Positions 22,120-34,734 are shown, numbered from the stretch's first letter. The stretch is DNA of 64,000 bases from Schizochytrium sp. TIO01 (GCA_004764695.1 SMSO01000014.1:1235648-1299647); one strand, 5' to 3'. Notes: a model not told the origin generated them from the letters alone. Numbers and translations are program-made.

Positions 22120-23982
22120 ATGCCTGGCGGGTCTTCGTCATCAAGTTCGTCTTCACCATCAGAGGAATGGGAGCTTAATGCTGTCTTCGTACCGGCGCGC
22201 GAATTTAGCGGCGCAAGGGATGGCTTTGTCTTCAAGAAGGGCGCTCAAGGTGTTGGCTACTATGAAGATAAAGCTCTCTCCAGTGCAGATAGTTTAGGTC
22301 GCAAAAGGCCACGACAAGAGGATGATTCCATCATCTCTGGATCTGTGAAGAGGTCGGTGACATCTTCATCGAGCTCTGGGAGTTCAATGCCTCCACCGAT
22401 TTCTAGAAGTCAAGAAGTCAAGGTGGAGCCTGCCCTTTCGGAACCAACCGTGGCAAAAATGTGCTCTCTACTTGAGAAAAAAATGCAAACTAACTTGGAG
22501 GAGCGCAGCAAGTTTGCCGATAACCCAGCTCGGTTCATGGAGTCAGAGATGGAACTTGACGAGGCTATTAGTTCGCTGAAACAAATTGCAAGTGCACCTA
22601 ATTTATACAGTGTCATGGCAAAAAGCGGGATCTCACGTACTTTGGTTGCGCTGCTCGCACACGAGAACGAAGAACTTGCTAAAGATGTCCTGTCACTCTT
22701 CGTCGAGCTACTGGAATCTGAAACGATGATGGAGGAGCCCAAGGATACACGACAGCTACTAGATGCTCTCTTAGATCAAGGCCTTCTCAACGCCATTGTC
22801 AGCAGCCTTTCACGATTTGACTCAAAGTCCGAGACCGGTGCTCTTGGCGTATATCATGTGATGACCATTATTGAAAATCTTGTTGAGTTGCGGTCCAAGC
22901 TTGCAGATAGCTTAGCCATAGAAACCCCCATCATTGATTATCTCCTAGATGTGGTTCAGGTGCTCAGTGACGAGGACCTATGTTTCTCGTGTGCTGAGAT
23001 TCTTAATGTGCTCCTTACAACTTCGATCCAGGCACAAGCTCATTTTCTGGAGCTGCCTCGGACAAAGACAATAGATAAAAACACAAAGTCTTCAGACAAC
23101 GAAACTGCCAGTCTTGATAACATGGAGCGTTTACTCATGGCCATTAACAAGTTTCGCCAGTATGATCCTGAGACCTTGCGAGAGCAGGAATTTATTGCAA
23201 ATGTGTTTAGCGCCCTACGCGGAGTCTTGCTTCCAATCCGACTGCGCAAGACTTTTGCCGAACATGAAGGCTTCATTCTTATGCTAAGAATTATCAAACA
23301 TCGACGGTTCGCTTACACATATGCCCTGCACGCCATTTGTGATGCCCTAGAAGACAACTCGGATAGCTGTGAACAGCTAGTCCAGGCTGATGGCTTGAAG
23401 ACGCTTTTTCCTCTTTTCATGGGCCGCAGCATTGGCATTAAAACTGGTAACCATAGTGGAAAGGGTGAAAAGCGTAAGCCTTTACGCAAGAAGTCTGAAA
23501 TTGAGGAAGAAGTTACGCGACATGTGATCCACATCTTATTCTTGCTGCTTTCAAGTTTACCACCCGAAAGCATTTCCTACCGCCGAATTGTACGCAAGTT
23601 CTCGGAAGATGATTTAGAAAAAACCGATCGTTTATTGGAACTGCATGTTGAGGTAGCACACAGACTTGCAGAAATAGGCGAAGGTGACGGGGAGGAGCTT
23701 CTTATGGCGCGTCTCGATGCCGGTCTTGAGACAGCACAGCATATTGCTGGCATTATTGGCCACATCTGCTCCACTGGGCGTCTTACTTTAATCGAACGTG
23801 TCAAATCTCGTCTTCATGAAAATCGGCTTTCCCTACCAGCCATTAAAAAAATTCTTGACGATTATGCAGAGGATCTCACGGTTTTGCCAACTGATGACAA
23901 TGCAGAGCAGGTCCAAGCTTCCAAGCGTATGCAAAATCATGTGCGTAACCTTTCCAGAAAGGTAGCTGCTTTCTGCAGCTGA
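22120..23982 (+). CDS. CTNNBL1: Beta-catenin-like protein 1 (Prp19 complex)
   Basis: RSKFADNPARFMESEMELDEAI, LLAHEN, GLKTLFPLFMG, KFSEDDLEKTDRLLELH, RLDAGL. Confidence 0.93.
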   Translation: MPGGSSSSSSSSPSEEWELNAVFVPAREFSGARDGFVFKKGAQGVGYYEDKALSSADSLGRKRPRQEDDSIISGSVKRSVTSSSSSGSSMPPPISRSQEVKVEPALSEPTVAKMCSLLEKKMQTNLEERSKFADNPARFMESEMELDEAISSLKQIASAPNLYSVMAKSGISRTLVALLAHENEELAKDVLSLFVELLESETMMEEPKDTRQLLDALLDQGLLNAIVSSLSRFDSKSETGALGVYHVMTIIENLVELRSKLADSLAIETPIIDYLLDVVQVLSDEDLCFSCAEILNVLLTTSIQAQAHFLELPRTKTIDKNTKSSDNETASLDNMERLLMAINKFRQYDPETLREQEFIANVFSALRGVLLPIRLRKTFAEHEGFILMLRIIKHRRFAYTYALHAICDALEDNSDSCEQLVQADGLKTLFPLFMGRSIGIKTGNHSGKGEKRKPLRKKSEIEEEVTRHVIHILFLLLSSLPPESISYRRIVRKFSEDDLEKTDRLLELHVEVAHRLAEIGEGDGEELLMARLDAGLETAQHIAGIIGHICSTGRLTLIERVKSRLHENRLSLPAIKKILDDYAEDLTVLPTDDNAEQVQASKRMQNHVRNLSRKVAAFCS

Positions 23983-24420
23983 TAGTATAAAGTATCTTGA
24001 ATGTGATAGTGTTTTAAGATCTGCTGCCCAATCAGAATTTTGGAACGACTTGTTTTTGAAATGGGATATCTACTGCTTCAAGTTTTCTGCTGTCTATAAA
24101 ATTGGCCACAACTCCTACTCCACTTTATGTTTGACTTGAACTTCACTGAAAAAGGTAGTTTTTATAAATCAGGATTATAGATTACATTGGGCTGCATATG
24201 TACTTGGACTTTTGCTGATTAACCGCTGGAGCATTCCCATTGTGCTTGGGCGCTTGCTCTTGAATTTGTATAAACTAGAGATTGTGTCTTGATTTCAAGC
24301 TTTGTGGTCTTGATTCTCCGCATAATAACAACAAAAACACGATCTTTTTCTAGGCAGACATGATACTACAAAGCTATGCAGCTAAGGAAGGCTGCCGAGT
24401 TCGATGAAGAGAAAAGATGC

Positions 24421-27033
24421 TTAAAGAAAAAGCTCTTGAGCCATTTTATTAAAGCTTTCGAGCAACTTGGATGAGTCTTCATTTGGCAAAGAGAATGCAG
24501 ATATAAAGTGGTTTTCGGGCGCGTGGTAGCGCATGATTATATCCTGAAAAGATGACGTTGCAGAAGGAAGGACAATAAGGTGAGAAATCTCTGATAAATG
24601 ACGAGCATCGAGGACTCGAAAGGTAAGTTGTTCAAGGTCACCAAGTCGTGCGAGCTGGCTCCGACGGATGAACTTTCGTGTTCGCGGAGGAGAAGCGCCC
24701 TTGGCTTGGAGAAAGAAAATTCGATAACTTGTGATGCACATGATACCTGGCATTGAGTCAGACCCCCCGAGATTAATAGGATATAATGACCAATGCTGCA
24801 ATTTCAAAGGACGAAGAATACTCAGTGAAACAATGCCTCCTCGATATAAACCACTCAATTCATGCCTTGCCTGTGCTGCACTAGCAGGTAGATAATTAGA
24901 GAGATCTGATTTAGACTCAGTGAAGGTATCAACAGATTCAAGTGTTTTAGTTTGGGGCTGCAGAAGCTCTTCTTCTACGCTGGAGTGCGCAGTATCAATA
25001 ATGCGAATTTGATCTTGCAAGCTAGACTGTCGAGACTTACGATCGGCGTCTCGAACAGCCTTTTCTCGGGCAAGAGTTTCAGCTGAGAGACCTCCAAAGC
25101 CAAGAGTTAATTTCATCTTGTCTGACCAGGATTTGGCTTTTCTAGGATTTTCTTTGGAATCGTGGGTCCGTGTCTGAGGTGATCGTGCATAAGCTTGCGG
25201 CGATGATTGTGCATTTGGAAGCGGGAGGGTCGTCGGAGAAGATTTCGTAAACCAAGAACCAAGCACAGATGACACATTCTCTCGCGCCGCCATCACTGAG
25301 GATGCCACACGATTGCCAGTTGCGGATCCTGTAAGCTCGTTTAGACTTTCCTGAGCATGCTTCAGCCTGCTCTTTTGCTTTTGTTGTTGTTGTAATTTTT
25401 GTTGTTGTGCCAGGTATGCTCGAGTCTCGTCGTCATAGAAAGCTTCTTCGATCACATTAAGAGGAGTGGATGCGCGTAGAATTTTGGCCTCCTCGCAAAG
25501 CTGGACTGCATCGCTGGCTGGGATACGAGCCACAGCCGAGCGTAGGACGTCAAGAAAGTGCTGCGGAGATGTATCATCGCCTTCCATAAGAGATTGCCTG
25601 CATTTCACAAGCAGGGCAATCATCATATATACAGCGAGTGGGCCTCGGGGATCGCATCCTTCCCACACCCCAGTAAGAAGGGAAGCGTGAGAAGGTCCCT
25701 CATCGCCATTATTTTCCGGGCAAGCATCTACAATTAGGAGGTCCCAGATTGTCAAGAGAGAAGACACAACCACTTCACCAGCAAAAGCACAGCGCCACCA
25801 TCTCCAAGGAATAACAACCTGTGGAGGACCGATAGAGAATACTCTATGAGCGAGTTCTTCATCATGTAAACGCAACACAAGCTCGAGAAGCTTTGCGCGC
25901 TTGGCAAGAATCGAAGGGACAACTGCATCATCATCGGGAAACTGAAGTAAAAGTACCCTCTTGCGACGCAACTCCTGAATGAGCGGCGCGATGTGGAAAG
26001 GTGAAAGTTTCAGTATCGGCGAGGCAAGTACATATACTACATCAGCAATACCTGGGTCGCAGAGAGAGATTTCAACATCAAAGGCACGAACCACAACGCG
26101 GGTATGCATGATGACTTCTACATGGAGGTCATCTGCATGTGCATCACGTAGAATTTCGTCAGGATCGTCAATTCCAAGCCTGCGCTGTTCTTCTACGAGA
26201 CCTGCATGACGGATTATGGTGCTCTCTGTCATTGCTTTGAGGACACTATCTTCATCCTCGCGAGAAGGTTGTTGGTCACGTCCGTGTTGGCGAGGTGAAA
26301 CCCGAACATCATCTCTAGTATGGAGCAGCTTGCACCAGACATCAGCTCGATATTTTGGGTGAACACGACCGAGGCGCTGACACACGGTCATGATTTCTCG
26401 CACATTGCTTGCGTTACCTTCGTTGTTTAGAATACTTTGAAGCCTTGCCAAGAGATCAGACTCCTCTTCAGGATCACATTCATGCTTTGATTCTGACTCT
26501 GATACAAGCTTGACAGCCTCACGATGGTGCTTTGCTTCAGGAGTTTCATCTCCACCATCCACTAGCCAGTCGAGAAAATCTCCACTTTCTGAGCTTGTCC
26601 GTTCTTTAAGGCCTCTCTTTGAGGACTTTGAGGTTTCCACTTTTAGACCATTCATATCAGACTTTAACTGAGATCTTGCCTTCCTTGCTGACGTAGTGCC
26701 GTTTTCGCCATCTTTAGGTCTAGAATTGTCATCAGCAGGGCTCATGCTAAGCCCAAGATCTTCAGCTTCCTGGTCATCAGCAGCATCATCTTCATCTGCT
26801 GCATCGTCAATTTGCTGAGCTTTACGTTGATCTGGCGACTGATTTGCTACGAAACTTTCCTCGTCGCTTTCCTCGTCATCTAAATTCTCATGGTCATCCC
26901 TCAAGAAATCGAGTACAGGGTCATCGTGCGCAATAGTTTCTGCCCGGTCGTCACCATCGCCAGCAAACGCATCCCGCGGCAGACCTACTTCGTCTAGAAG
27001 CTGCAAGAAATCATCATCCTCGTCTGACTCCAT
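24421..27033 (-). CDS. Divergent TBC (Rab-GAP)-like protein with acidic N-terminus
   Basis: YRADVWCKLL, IPWRWWRCAFA, LLTIWDLLI resemble a TBC fold; catalytic motifs are degenerate. Confidence 0.65.
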   Translation of the reverse strand: MESDEDDDFLQLLDEVGLPRDAFAGDGDDRAETIAHDDPVLDFLRDDHENLDDEESDEESFVANQSPDQRKAQQIDDAADEDDAADDQEAEDLGLSMSPADDNSRPKDGENGTTSARKARSQLKSDMNGLKVETSKSSKRGLKERTSSESGDFLDWLVDGGDETPEAKHHREAVKLVSESESKHECDPEEESDLLARLQSILNNEGNASNVREIMTVCQRLGRVHPKYRADVWCKLLHTRDDVRVSPRQHGRDQQPSREDEDSVLKAMTESTIIRHAGLVEEQRRLGIDDPDEILRDAHADDLHVEVIMHTRVVVRAFDVEISLCDPGIADVVYVLASPILKLSPFHIAPLIQELRRKRVLLLQFPDDDAVVPSILAKRAKLLELVLRLHDEELAHRVFSIGPPQVVIPWRWWRCAFAGEVVVSSLLTIWDLLIVDACPENNGDEGPSHASLLTGVWEGCDPRGPLAVYMMIALLVKCRQSLMEGDDTSPQHFLDVLRSAVARIPASDAVQLCEEAKILRASTPLNVIEEAFYDDETRAYLAQQQKLQQQQKQKSRLKHAQESLNELTGSATGNRVASSVMAARENVSSVLGSWFTKSSPTTLPLPNAQSSPQAYARSPQTRTHDSKENPRKAKSWSDKMKLTLGFGGLSAETLAREKAVRDADRKSRQSSLQDQIRIIDTAHSSVEEELLQPQTKTLESVDTFTESKSDLSNYLPASAAQARHELSGLYRGGIVSLSILRPLKLQHWSLYPINLGGSDSMPGIMCITSYRIFFLQAKGASPPRTRKFIRRSQLARLGDLEQLTFRVLDARHLSEISHLIVLPSATSSFQDIIMRYHAPENHFISAFSLPNEDSSKLLESFNKMAQELFL

Positions 27034-28011
27034 CCTGCCTCTGCTGTTTGTGAAGCGATTTCTCTTTCGCTCCGTTGATCTTTGACAAGGAAACGAAACC
27101 TTTTCTCAAATTGATCCCGAATGGGTTTTGCCAATCATCTTATATGATCATAGCTCTGATCTCTCCAACTCATCATTCCTTGATATTGATATCTTTATTA
27201 TGGCTATTAGTAATAACATGAGGAAAAAGGAAAAGAAATCTCGATTTGCCACGTCAAGTGCTCAGTCAAAGAAGCGCACTTACCTCTAAGTAGAACTGGA
27301 TGGATATAACAAATACAGCACAGCTGCGTTTTTCTTAATTTTCTTTGCCTAATTCCTGGCACTATGTTGTCCATGCACATGCAATCCTTGGTCTTGCTTG
27401 CACCAGCTGAAGATAATCCCACTTTGTTTAATTCCACTCCTTTAGAAAAGAGGTACGCCTGCATTCTATTCGAGAGCACCAAAGGTGCATGCATACACTT
27501 GTCATACTTATTGCAGACAACCTTTCGCACCACACGAAACTTTCTATATGAAAAAAGTTCTACAAAACGAGTTGGGCGGACGTCAGTGCCGAGATATTCT
27601 ACCTTCGCGGCAACGATGTTAATTAGTGGATGATCGATCTCCTGAATATACTTCCACCATTCTTATTGCTTGACAGTTCATCGTCACAAATAAACGCATT
27701 CGACGTGCTGCTATACCCAAGCTTGTTTGAGATTAGTACGAAGGCGAAGGATAAGTCTGTGCGCAAAACATGTGTCTCTATAAAGATGGTTGTAACAACA
27801 TGGGCAAACCGAGTTACCTTTGTTTCTTAAGAGTCCGGTGCCTGCCTAGCACCTTTCTAGGTCTTCATAAGAAAAAACAATGTTAACCACCGCCGAAAGG
27901 AAAATGATAAAGATCATAATTGCTATTTACCATATGGATTTGAGAGCAGCAAGCAGGCAAGAAAGCAAAGTCGGTATACCTGCCACGGGGTCGCGACTGT
28001 GACGAAGAGCG

Positions 28012-29358
28012 ATGGCGCGCCAAGCTGCGGTCAACGCCAAACGCAGGATCTCTGAGGCTAATGATGGCAGCGACGCCTCCTCTATCCCCTCTGAAGACAG
28101 CTTCGACGTGCCCTCTGCCAACAAGCGACAGGCGACTGGCAAGAATGGGTCCAACGACGGCGATGAGAGCGGCCTCGGGGCGCAGGGAAAACAAAAGCTA
28201 CGGAAGCTGCGGAAAGATTTGGAGGTAAAGATGGAGAAAGAAGCCGTGAGCCTGGATGAACTTGACCTGAACGAACCCGTCATGGAAGTGCAGGTCATGA
28301 CTGAAGACTCAGTCATGGTACGCATTGAGAAGGTGGTCGTTGAACTGCTCTCAAGTATCCTTTCTGGCAAGGGATTCGCATTTAAAATCCCCAGTCGTGG
28401 AGATAACAATATCAAGTATATCGAGGAGCTTGACCGTATTGTTCTGAAGGCAGACAAGTTTAGCGAGCGTCAATTTGTGAACACCAAGCAAGTACGAGGT
28501 ACCACAATTCTTCTGCGCATGGTGCAGCTTGTGCATAACATTCTCCAACGAGGGATTCACATTACGAAGCGTGACCTCTTCTACACAGATGTCAAATTGT
28601 TTGTAGAGCAGGGTCAAACGGATAAACTCCTCGATGACGTCTCAGTGATGCTCGGGTGCACACGTACAAGTTTGAATGTTGTCGCTTCTGAAAAGGGTGT
28701 GGTTGTAGGCGATCTCAGATTCAAGGAGGCTGAAGATGAGATTGATTGTTCCAGGCTTGGTATTGGTGGCAAAGGCATTCCACCCATGATCGACCGCGTT
28801 ACTGATATTCGCTCTGATGCTGACTTCATCCTTTTGGTAGAAAAAGATGCTGCATTTATGCGCCTTTCGGAGGATAGGTTTTACAAGCGCATGAAGTGCA
28901 TTATCATCACCGCAAGGGGCCAACCTGATGTCGCAACGCGTATGTTTCTTCGTCGCCTGCGTAATGAGCTAAAAATTCCTGTACTAGCCCTCGTCGATAG
29001 TGATCCGTATGGTCTCAAGATTCTTTCTGTGTACATGAGTGGCTCCAAAAACATGGCATACGATGCCAACTCTCTTACATGTCCTGACATTAAATGGCTT
29101 GGAGTACGGCCATCTGATCTTGACCGGTACAAAATTCCTGCAGAGTGTCGTCTCGAACTTACCGATCAAGATAGAAAGACCGGTGAGGCACTCCTCAAAG
29201 AAGATTTCATCAAGAAGAACCCAGAATGGGTCAAGGAACTTAACATCATGCTTAAAATGAAGAAAAAGGCTGAGATCCAGGCTTTGTCTACATTTGGTTT
29301 TCAATTTCTAACAGAAGTCTACCTGCCAGAAAAAATCCGTAAGGGTGATTGGATTTAA
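28012..29358 (+). CDS. TOP6A: DNA topoisomerase VI subunit A (SPO11-3 clade)
   Basis: [16 protein letters not shown] (catalytic Tyr), [30 protein letters not shown], toprim DSDPYG, KAEIQAL. Confidence 0.95.
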   Translation: MARQAAVNAKRRISEANDGSDASSIPSEDSFDVPSANKRQATGKNGSNDGDESGLGAQGKQKLRKLRKDLEVKMEKEAVSLDELDLNEPVMEVQVMTEDSVMVRIEKVVVELLSSILSGKGFAFKIPSRGDNNIKYIEELDRIVLKADKFSERQFVNTKQVRGTTILLRMVQLVHNILQRGIHITKRDLFYTDVKLFVEQGQTDKLLDDVSVMLGCTRTSLNVVASEKGVVVGDLRFKEAEDEIDCSRLGIGGKGIPPMIDRVTDIRSDADFILLVEKDAAFMRLSEDRFYKRMKCIIITARGQPDVATRMFLRRLRNELKIPVLALVDSDPYGLKILSVYMSGSKNMAYDANSLTCPDIKWLGVRPSDLDRYKIPAECRLELTDQDRKTGEALLKEDFIKKNPEWVKELNIMLKMKKKAEIQALSTFGFQFLTEVYLPEKIRKGDWI

Positions 29359-29520
29359 GATATTCATAGTGTATTAAAAAAACATTTGAAAATGCAATTC
29401 TATCTTGTCATCTCTCCACGACTCTGTATATATGACTACATGAGCTTCAAGAGGGCATGCACTCCTAATAAGCCATGGGTGGAAAATCTACCTTGCATTG
29501 ACCCTACGCTTCAAATTATC

Positions 29521-30792
29521 TCATTTTGGCAGCGAAAGGGCTTCAACTAAGGACTGGCGGTCAGTCAACGGCAGTTCCGTCGCAGAATTAACTCGAAGGT
29601 GTTGCAATCGACCGTTTACAGGTCCAGTGAATGCATCGAATGCCTCCCAAAAGTCCTTCTCATCGGTCATATCGAATCTATATGGACCAACACCACGCAA
29701 GTTGTACGATCGAGCAAGTTCATACTTCAAGCGTAAGCTAGCTGCATTGTCGTAATGATACTGATACACCCGGCCGTTTTCGACAGTGTTAAAATAAGGC
29801 GTCTTCTGATTATGATCCCACTTTATTTCGGTAGAGTGATATTGTTCATAGGCATCCATGATCAGCGGATAGTTCATTTCTTTTCCAGCTGCGTCACTAC
29901 AGTTGATACCACGAAATGGCTTCTCAGGGATTGCACAAAAACGTGCATCTGGTGCTGTACCCTCTTCGCAAGGGTAGCGATAGCCATACCAGGGGACCCC
30001 AAGAATGAGCTTCTCAGCGGGAATACCAAGGTCGAGATACCTCATAAGACCATACTTTGCACCAAAATAGGGCGCATTCGCTGCAGCCATGCATGGTCCA
30101 AAAATCCAGCTTTGAGTATCATAATCCATTACATAGAGTGCATCGCTTGCTTTGGCCAAACCCAAATAGTCGTATCCCCTTAGGTCGATATTATCGGGCG
30201 ACCATGCTACACAAACTGTGATTTGATAGGCTGGATTGGCCGCATGAAAAACAGCTCGCGTAGTTGCGACAAGCTCCGTGTACCATTGGGAGTGGAGAGA
30301 GCCAACTTCTGCAGGATCCTCATGATCAAAACTAATGCCGTCTAAATGGTATGCTTGAATGGTCTTGAGTAAATTTGTTGCCCATGCCACGCGGTGCGAA
30401 TGGTTCCCAGTAATGGGAGGGGCCGCATAGATACCTGGGCTAGCTACTAGCTTAACCCCATGCGAATGAGCTAGGCAAACCTTATGCTTAATAAATTCTG
30501 CCCACGCGATTGTCGTCATTCGAGTCCAGTCCAAGTATTCTGGCTCACGCTCCATCACAAAGCCATATATTTCCGCATCTCGAAGTGGTTGATCTCCCAC
30601 AGGATTGCACAGGTTTTTCTCCTCGCACAAGCATGGCTGCTGTTCTGCTGGTGGCGGCAGTTCAAGATCAGCCTCGTCAAGGCCCAGAACTGCTCGCACC
30701 TCGATTCCGTGTACCCTCTTCATAAACACCAGCACAAGCACCAGTACCGTCGCCAAAGTGATGCGCGCCCTTGGAACCCACATTTTAATCAT
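29521..30792 (-). CDS. CTBS: Di-N-acetylchitobiase (GH18), secreted/lysosomal
   Basis: Signal peptide; DGISFDHE; VAWSPDNIDLRGYDY; VMDYD; LGVPWYGY; PFRGINCSDAAG. Confidence 0.92.
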   Translation of the reverse strand: MIKMWVPRARITLATVLVLVLVFMKRVHGIEVRAVLGLDEADLELPPPAEQQPCLCEEKNLCNPVGDQPLRDAEIYGFVMEREPEYLDWTRMTTIAWAEFIKHKVCLAHSHGVKLVASPGIYAAPPITGNHSHRVAWATNLLKTIQAYHLDGISFDHEDPAEVGSLHSQWYTELVATTRAVFHAANPAYQITVCVAWSPDNIDLRGYDYLGLAKASDALYVMDYDTQSWIFGPCMAAANAPYFGAKYGLMRYLDLGIPAEKLILGVPWYGYRYPCEEGTAPDARFCAIPEKPFRGINCSDAAGKEMNYPLIMDAYEQYHSTEIKWDHNQKTPYFNTVENGRVYQYHYDNAASLRLKYELARSYNLRGVGPYRFDMTDEKDFWEAFDAFTGPVNGRLQHLRVNSATELPLTDRQSLVEALSLPK

Positions 30793-31239
30793 CTTCTCTC
30801 GCTAAGGGAAGTTAGCGCTCTTTCCGTCGGGAGCGATAAATATAGCTTTGGGCTTTGGTTTTGGTCGATCTTATCCAATTCCAAGTACCCGTAAACACTC
30901 GCACAATAAAACAGCTTTCTTTTTATAAATTGTTGTCTTTTTCATCATCATGTTGATCAATGTTTGTCAGTGTTTTATTAATTAGAAATAAAATTTAATA
31001 ATAAAATTTATCATAAAAAATGATTTGAAACATATATATATTCTACTAAGGTATCGAATATACTACTTCGGAATATCTTCGATACTACTAAGGTAAGGGT
31101 TGTAATAAATATCATTTCGCCGTTGGCATTATAAATGGTATAGCACAAGTATCATAGATTTATTCCATTCGAAGCGATCGCGATCGCCAAGAGGCAGAAT
31201 CGTTTCGAGCGAGGTTGTCTTCGCGACAGGTCTTGAGCA

Positions 31240-32725
31240 ATGCGTGGGCGGAAATGGCTCTACTGCACTGCACTTGCGCTGCTGCCGCTAGCTCGCGGAG
31301 GGTGGCTCTTTGGGGGTAACAGCGAGGCGGCGCCGGCCATGACTGACGAAGACGCTGAGAAACTTGCCTCTATGGACCTTGACGGCAGTCTCCACAGCGA
31401 AGATCTCGGCGGGAAGTCCGACATTCGAGGTGTGCCCAACCGTGATGCAGATAGGTATGCAGGCCTTGAGATTTTCCTGTGACCAAGGGACGAGAGATTT
31501 GCCCATGGAAGCCGTGAACGACGAGTACTGCGACTGCCGCGACGGCTCTGACGAACCTGGTACCAGCGCATGCAGTGGCGTCGCGAAGGACTCCGGATTC
31601 TACTGCGCGAACGAAGGGTACCGTAGCATGGTTATTCCAACGTCGCGGGTTAATGACGGCATATGTGACTGTTGTGATGGCTCGGATGAGCCCAGCGGAA
31701 GCTGCAAAGACTCCTGCAAGGAGGATGGGGCTTCGTACCGTGTGGAAATGGAGCGCTTGCAGAAAATCATCGACGCAGGAAAGGCCAAAAAGGCAGAGTA
31801 TGTTGCACAGGCTGCTAATGTGGAGACTACTATCGGAGAGAGCCAACGTCAGGAACTTGAGGCCAAAATTGAGGCTAAACGAGAGGAAGAAGTAGCAGCG
31901 CAGGAACTCGTAGACAAGCTGGAAGCAGCAGAGCAGCAGAGGCAGAAGCTCGCAGACGCAATGCTTCGAACAAAGCGGATCAATTCTCTACACTTAAGTA
32001 TGCTAAGTCGCCAGCAACTAGAGGGTGTCATAGTGGATGCCATTGTTGAAGGGGGCAAGCCTATGGACCTCGTGAATATTGTACAAAAGGTTCTTGATGA
32101 CACATTTGACGGGACAGCAGAAATTGCAGCTGATGGATCCACCTCGACAGTTGAAGTTCCAACAGTTGAATGGGTTTTCTCAGATAAAAATAATGCAAAT
32201 GACAAATATCATGACCCATACGAGGAGCTTGGTGATGATGATGAGGATGTCGACATTGAAGCAGAAGAAGAGATCAAGGATCAGGAGGTCGATCTTGTTG
32301 CTGCTGATGCGCAGGCGCTGAAAGATGCGCGAAGAGATTTGAGAAGTATTGAACGCGAGGTTTCTGCTTTAGAAGATGAGAAGCGTGAACTCGAACGCAA
32401 GGGTGCACGAGATTATGGTACCGAGAAGCAATGGTATGCTCTTCAGGATAAATGTTTCAAGGCCCAGGCAGACAAATACACCTATGAAATTTGCATGTAC
32501 GGACGGGCAAAACAAGACTCTGTCAACCTTGGTGACTGGGATGGATTTGTTGATAATTCTAACCACAAAGTCTTCAAGTTTGCCAATGGTCAGCGCTGTT
32601 GGTCTGGCCCCCACAGATCATTGACTGTTCATGCGAAATGTGGATCTGAGGAGCGCATCCTTAATGTCCGAGAGCCATCCACCTGTGAATACGTCATGAC
32701 CTTTGCCACCCCTGCAGCCTGCTAA
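31240..32725 (+). CDS. PRKCSH: Glucosidase II beta subunit (frameshift at ~31471-31477)
   Basis: Signal peptide and IRGV in first ORF; VNDEYCDCRDGSDEPGTSAC, VNDGICDCCDGSDE and C-terminal MRH domain (GQRCWSGPHRS, EPSTCEY) in second. Confidence 0.93.
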
Positions 32726-33640
32726 GCCCACACGATTTAAATCGAATCAACTATTAGAATACAACACAACACAACGTTTACTTTTCCCCTTTCCTCTCCT
32801 TCTGTTTTGTTTGTAACAAGTTGAGCTAACTTGAACCTTTTTTTCTTTCTTTTTTAATTTAAAAGAAAAAGAAAAAGAAGAAAAACTTGATAAAAGGGTG
32901 ATCCTTGCTATACATACTATATATTGTTTCTACTAGCCCAGGACCTTTGTTTTCGTCGCTACAATATCCGGTCATCTCTAAAACTTACCAATGAACCAGA
33001 GTCATGATGTTTTGTTTCTTTTCTAAATGGTGGTGGGATTGGTATTTCCTTTAGATACGAATATAAATTGGCTTTAAATTTCAGCACCCACTATTTTTAA
33101 TTAGACCAAAAGTCTTTCGTTCAAGGCAATTAGACCTGCAAGGTGGTAAGTGCGTTTCTTGACAGCATGATCCCTTGAGATCTCTGAGTCTTTCAGTCAA
33201 GGGTCTCTTTATCTGTTGACCCTTCCAAATCTATATGCGGCCACCTTCGTAGCCTCTGTCCTTGAGACCTACTGTAAGAATCGAGTCGGCCAAGCCCTGC
33301 TTTTATCTGTGTTACTGTCACTAGCTAGAGGTGATGATTATTTTTAATTAATTAAAATTTAATAATAATAATAATAATAGACTTGGGTAAAAAACTCAAT
33401 TCACACAATCAATTATTCACACACCTCAACATTAAGAAGAATCTCTTTTCTATTGCAGTTTATTTTTAAATTAAAAGACCAATCTGCTGTGAGTGTTATG
33501 ATTTAATTAATGCAGGGCGTGAAATGGACGATTGAGCATTCATTCTACAATTGACCTGCGTGCTCAAGCAAAAGGATAGGTGAAGCTGGCATTGGTGTTA
33601 ATAATTCTAGACACGACGGTCGTCAGCCTCGGGGGCCGGG

Positions 33641-34734
33641 ATGCAGCCTCTGGAGGTAGGCGTTCCCACTGTACACGATAATCGTGGACGCATTGATGGC
33701 CAGCTGTCTGATGATGATAGCTTAAATCGAGACGATGACCTTGACAGCACATCAGGCTTGCTTCACGATATGATGAACGTATGTACTATGGATGGTGAGG
33801 GTAGTCTACGAGCACTCAAACTTGTCTTTGTGGTGTCATCAACATTTGCATTGGCGCAGCTGCTTGGGTCATACTTTGCTAATAGTTTATCAATGTATGG
33901 CGATACCCTAACTATGGGTCTGGACGCCATGACCTACGCGCTCAACATCTATGCAGAGAAACGAAAGATCGCAAGTAGAAATGATGCATCGCTAGAAACT
34001 GCTGAGGCTGAGCTAGAACGACTTGACACCACCGTCGCAGTTGTCAGCCTTCTGACGCTTGTAGGCGTTACAATTTATATAATTGCCGATGCTATTGCGC
34101 GCCTAAAAGCGAAGACAGCGTGAACCCAGTTAGTGCCAAAATTATGCTCGGATTCACTTCAGCAAACCTTGTAATGAACTTTCTCACATGCTCTGCATTC
34201 TTGCGGAGCTCTTCATTTCTCAAAGGGGGGGTTTATACCCCAAAGAAGCATCATGGTGTGGAGAGCCGCGACCTAGATGCTGATATTGATTTCGCAGGGA
34301 GCTTTCTAGGGAGTGAGGCAAGTGCAGCAGACCAGGATGCTGATGACACTAGCCGAGAACCGCTGCGCGGACATGAAGATGGAAGAGAGGACCGATCGGA
34401 TATAGAATCAATGTCTAATGGTGAGGGCTTTCAGGAAAATTTGAATGTCATGTCTGCATTCATCCATTTGCTTGCCGATACAGCACGATCCATAACAGTA
34501 TTTGTAACCTCGATTTATGTACAATCGACCGGGGCAGACCCGGTTCATGCTGACGCTGTGAGCTCTATTATTGTTTGTGTTTTGATTTTGTTTGCAGCTT
34601 TACTTCTTTGCCACGAGACAGCTAAACGTTGTCGCTCTATGCGAATTCGCGAGCGCATTACATCCATTGACAGCGCTGGACACTCATTTGAGCCGATGCG
34701 CTCTCCAGGACCCAGTGAGGTTGCTATGCAGTAG
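33641..34734 (+). CDS. Cation diffusion facilitator (ZnT-like) transporter (frameshift at AAAA 34105-34108)
   Basis: ANSLSMYGDTLTMGLDAMTYALN and NLNVMSAFIHLLADTARS; one extra A gives LKSEDSVNPV and a 364-aa protein. Confidence 0.88.

Noticed and set aside
31455-31471. 16-nt GT..AG micro-intron that would repair the PRKCSH frame
   Set aside because: It would delete residues that align with homologues (Y-x5-F-x-C spacing) and is implausibly short; an indel error is simpler.
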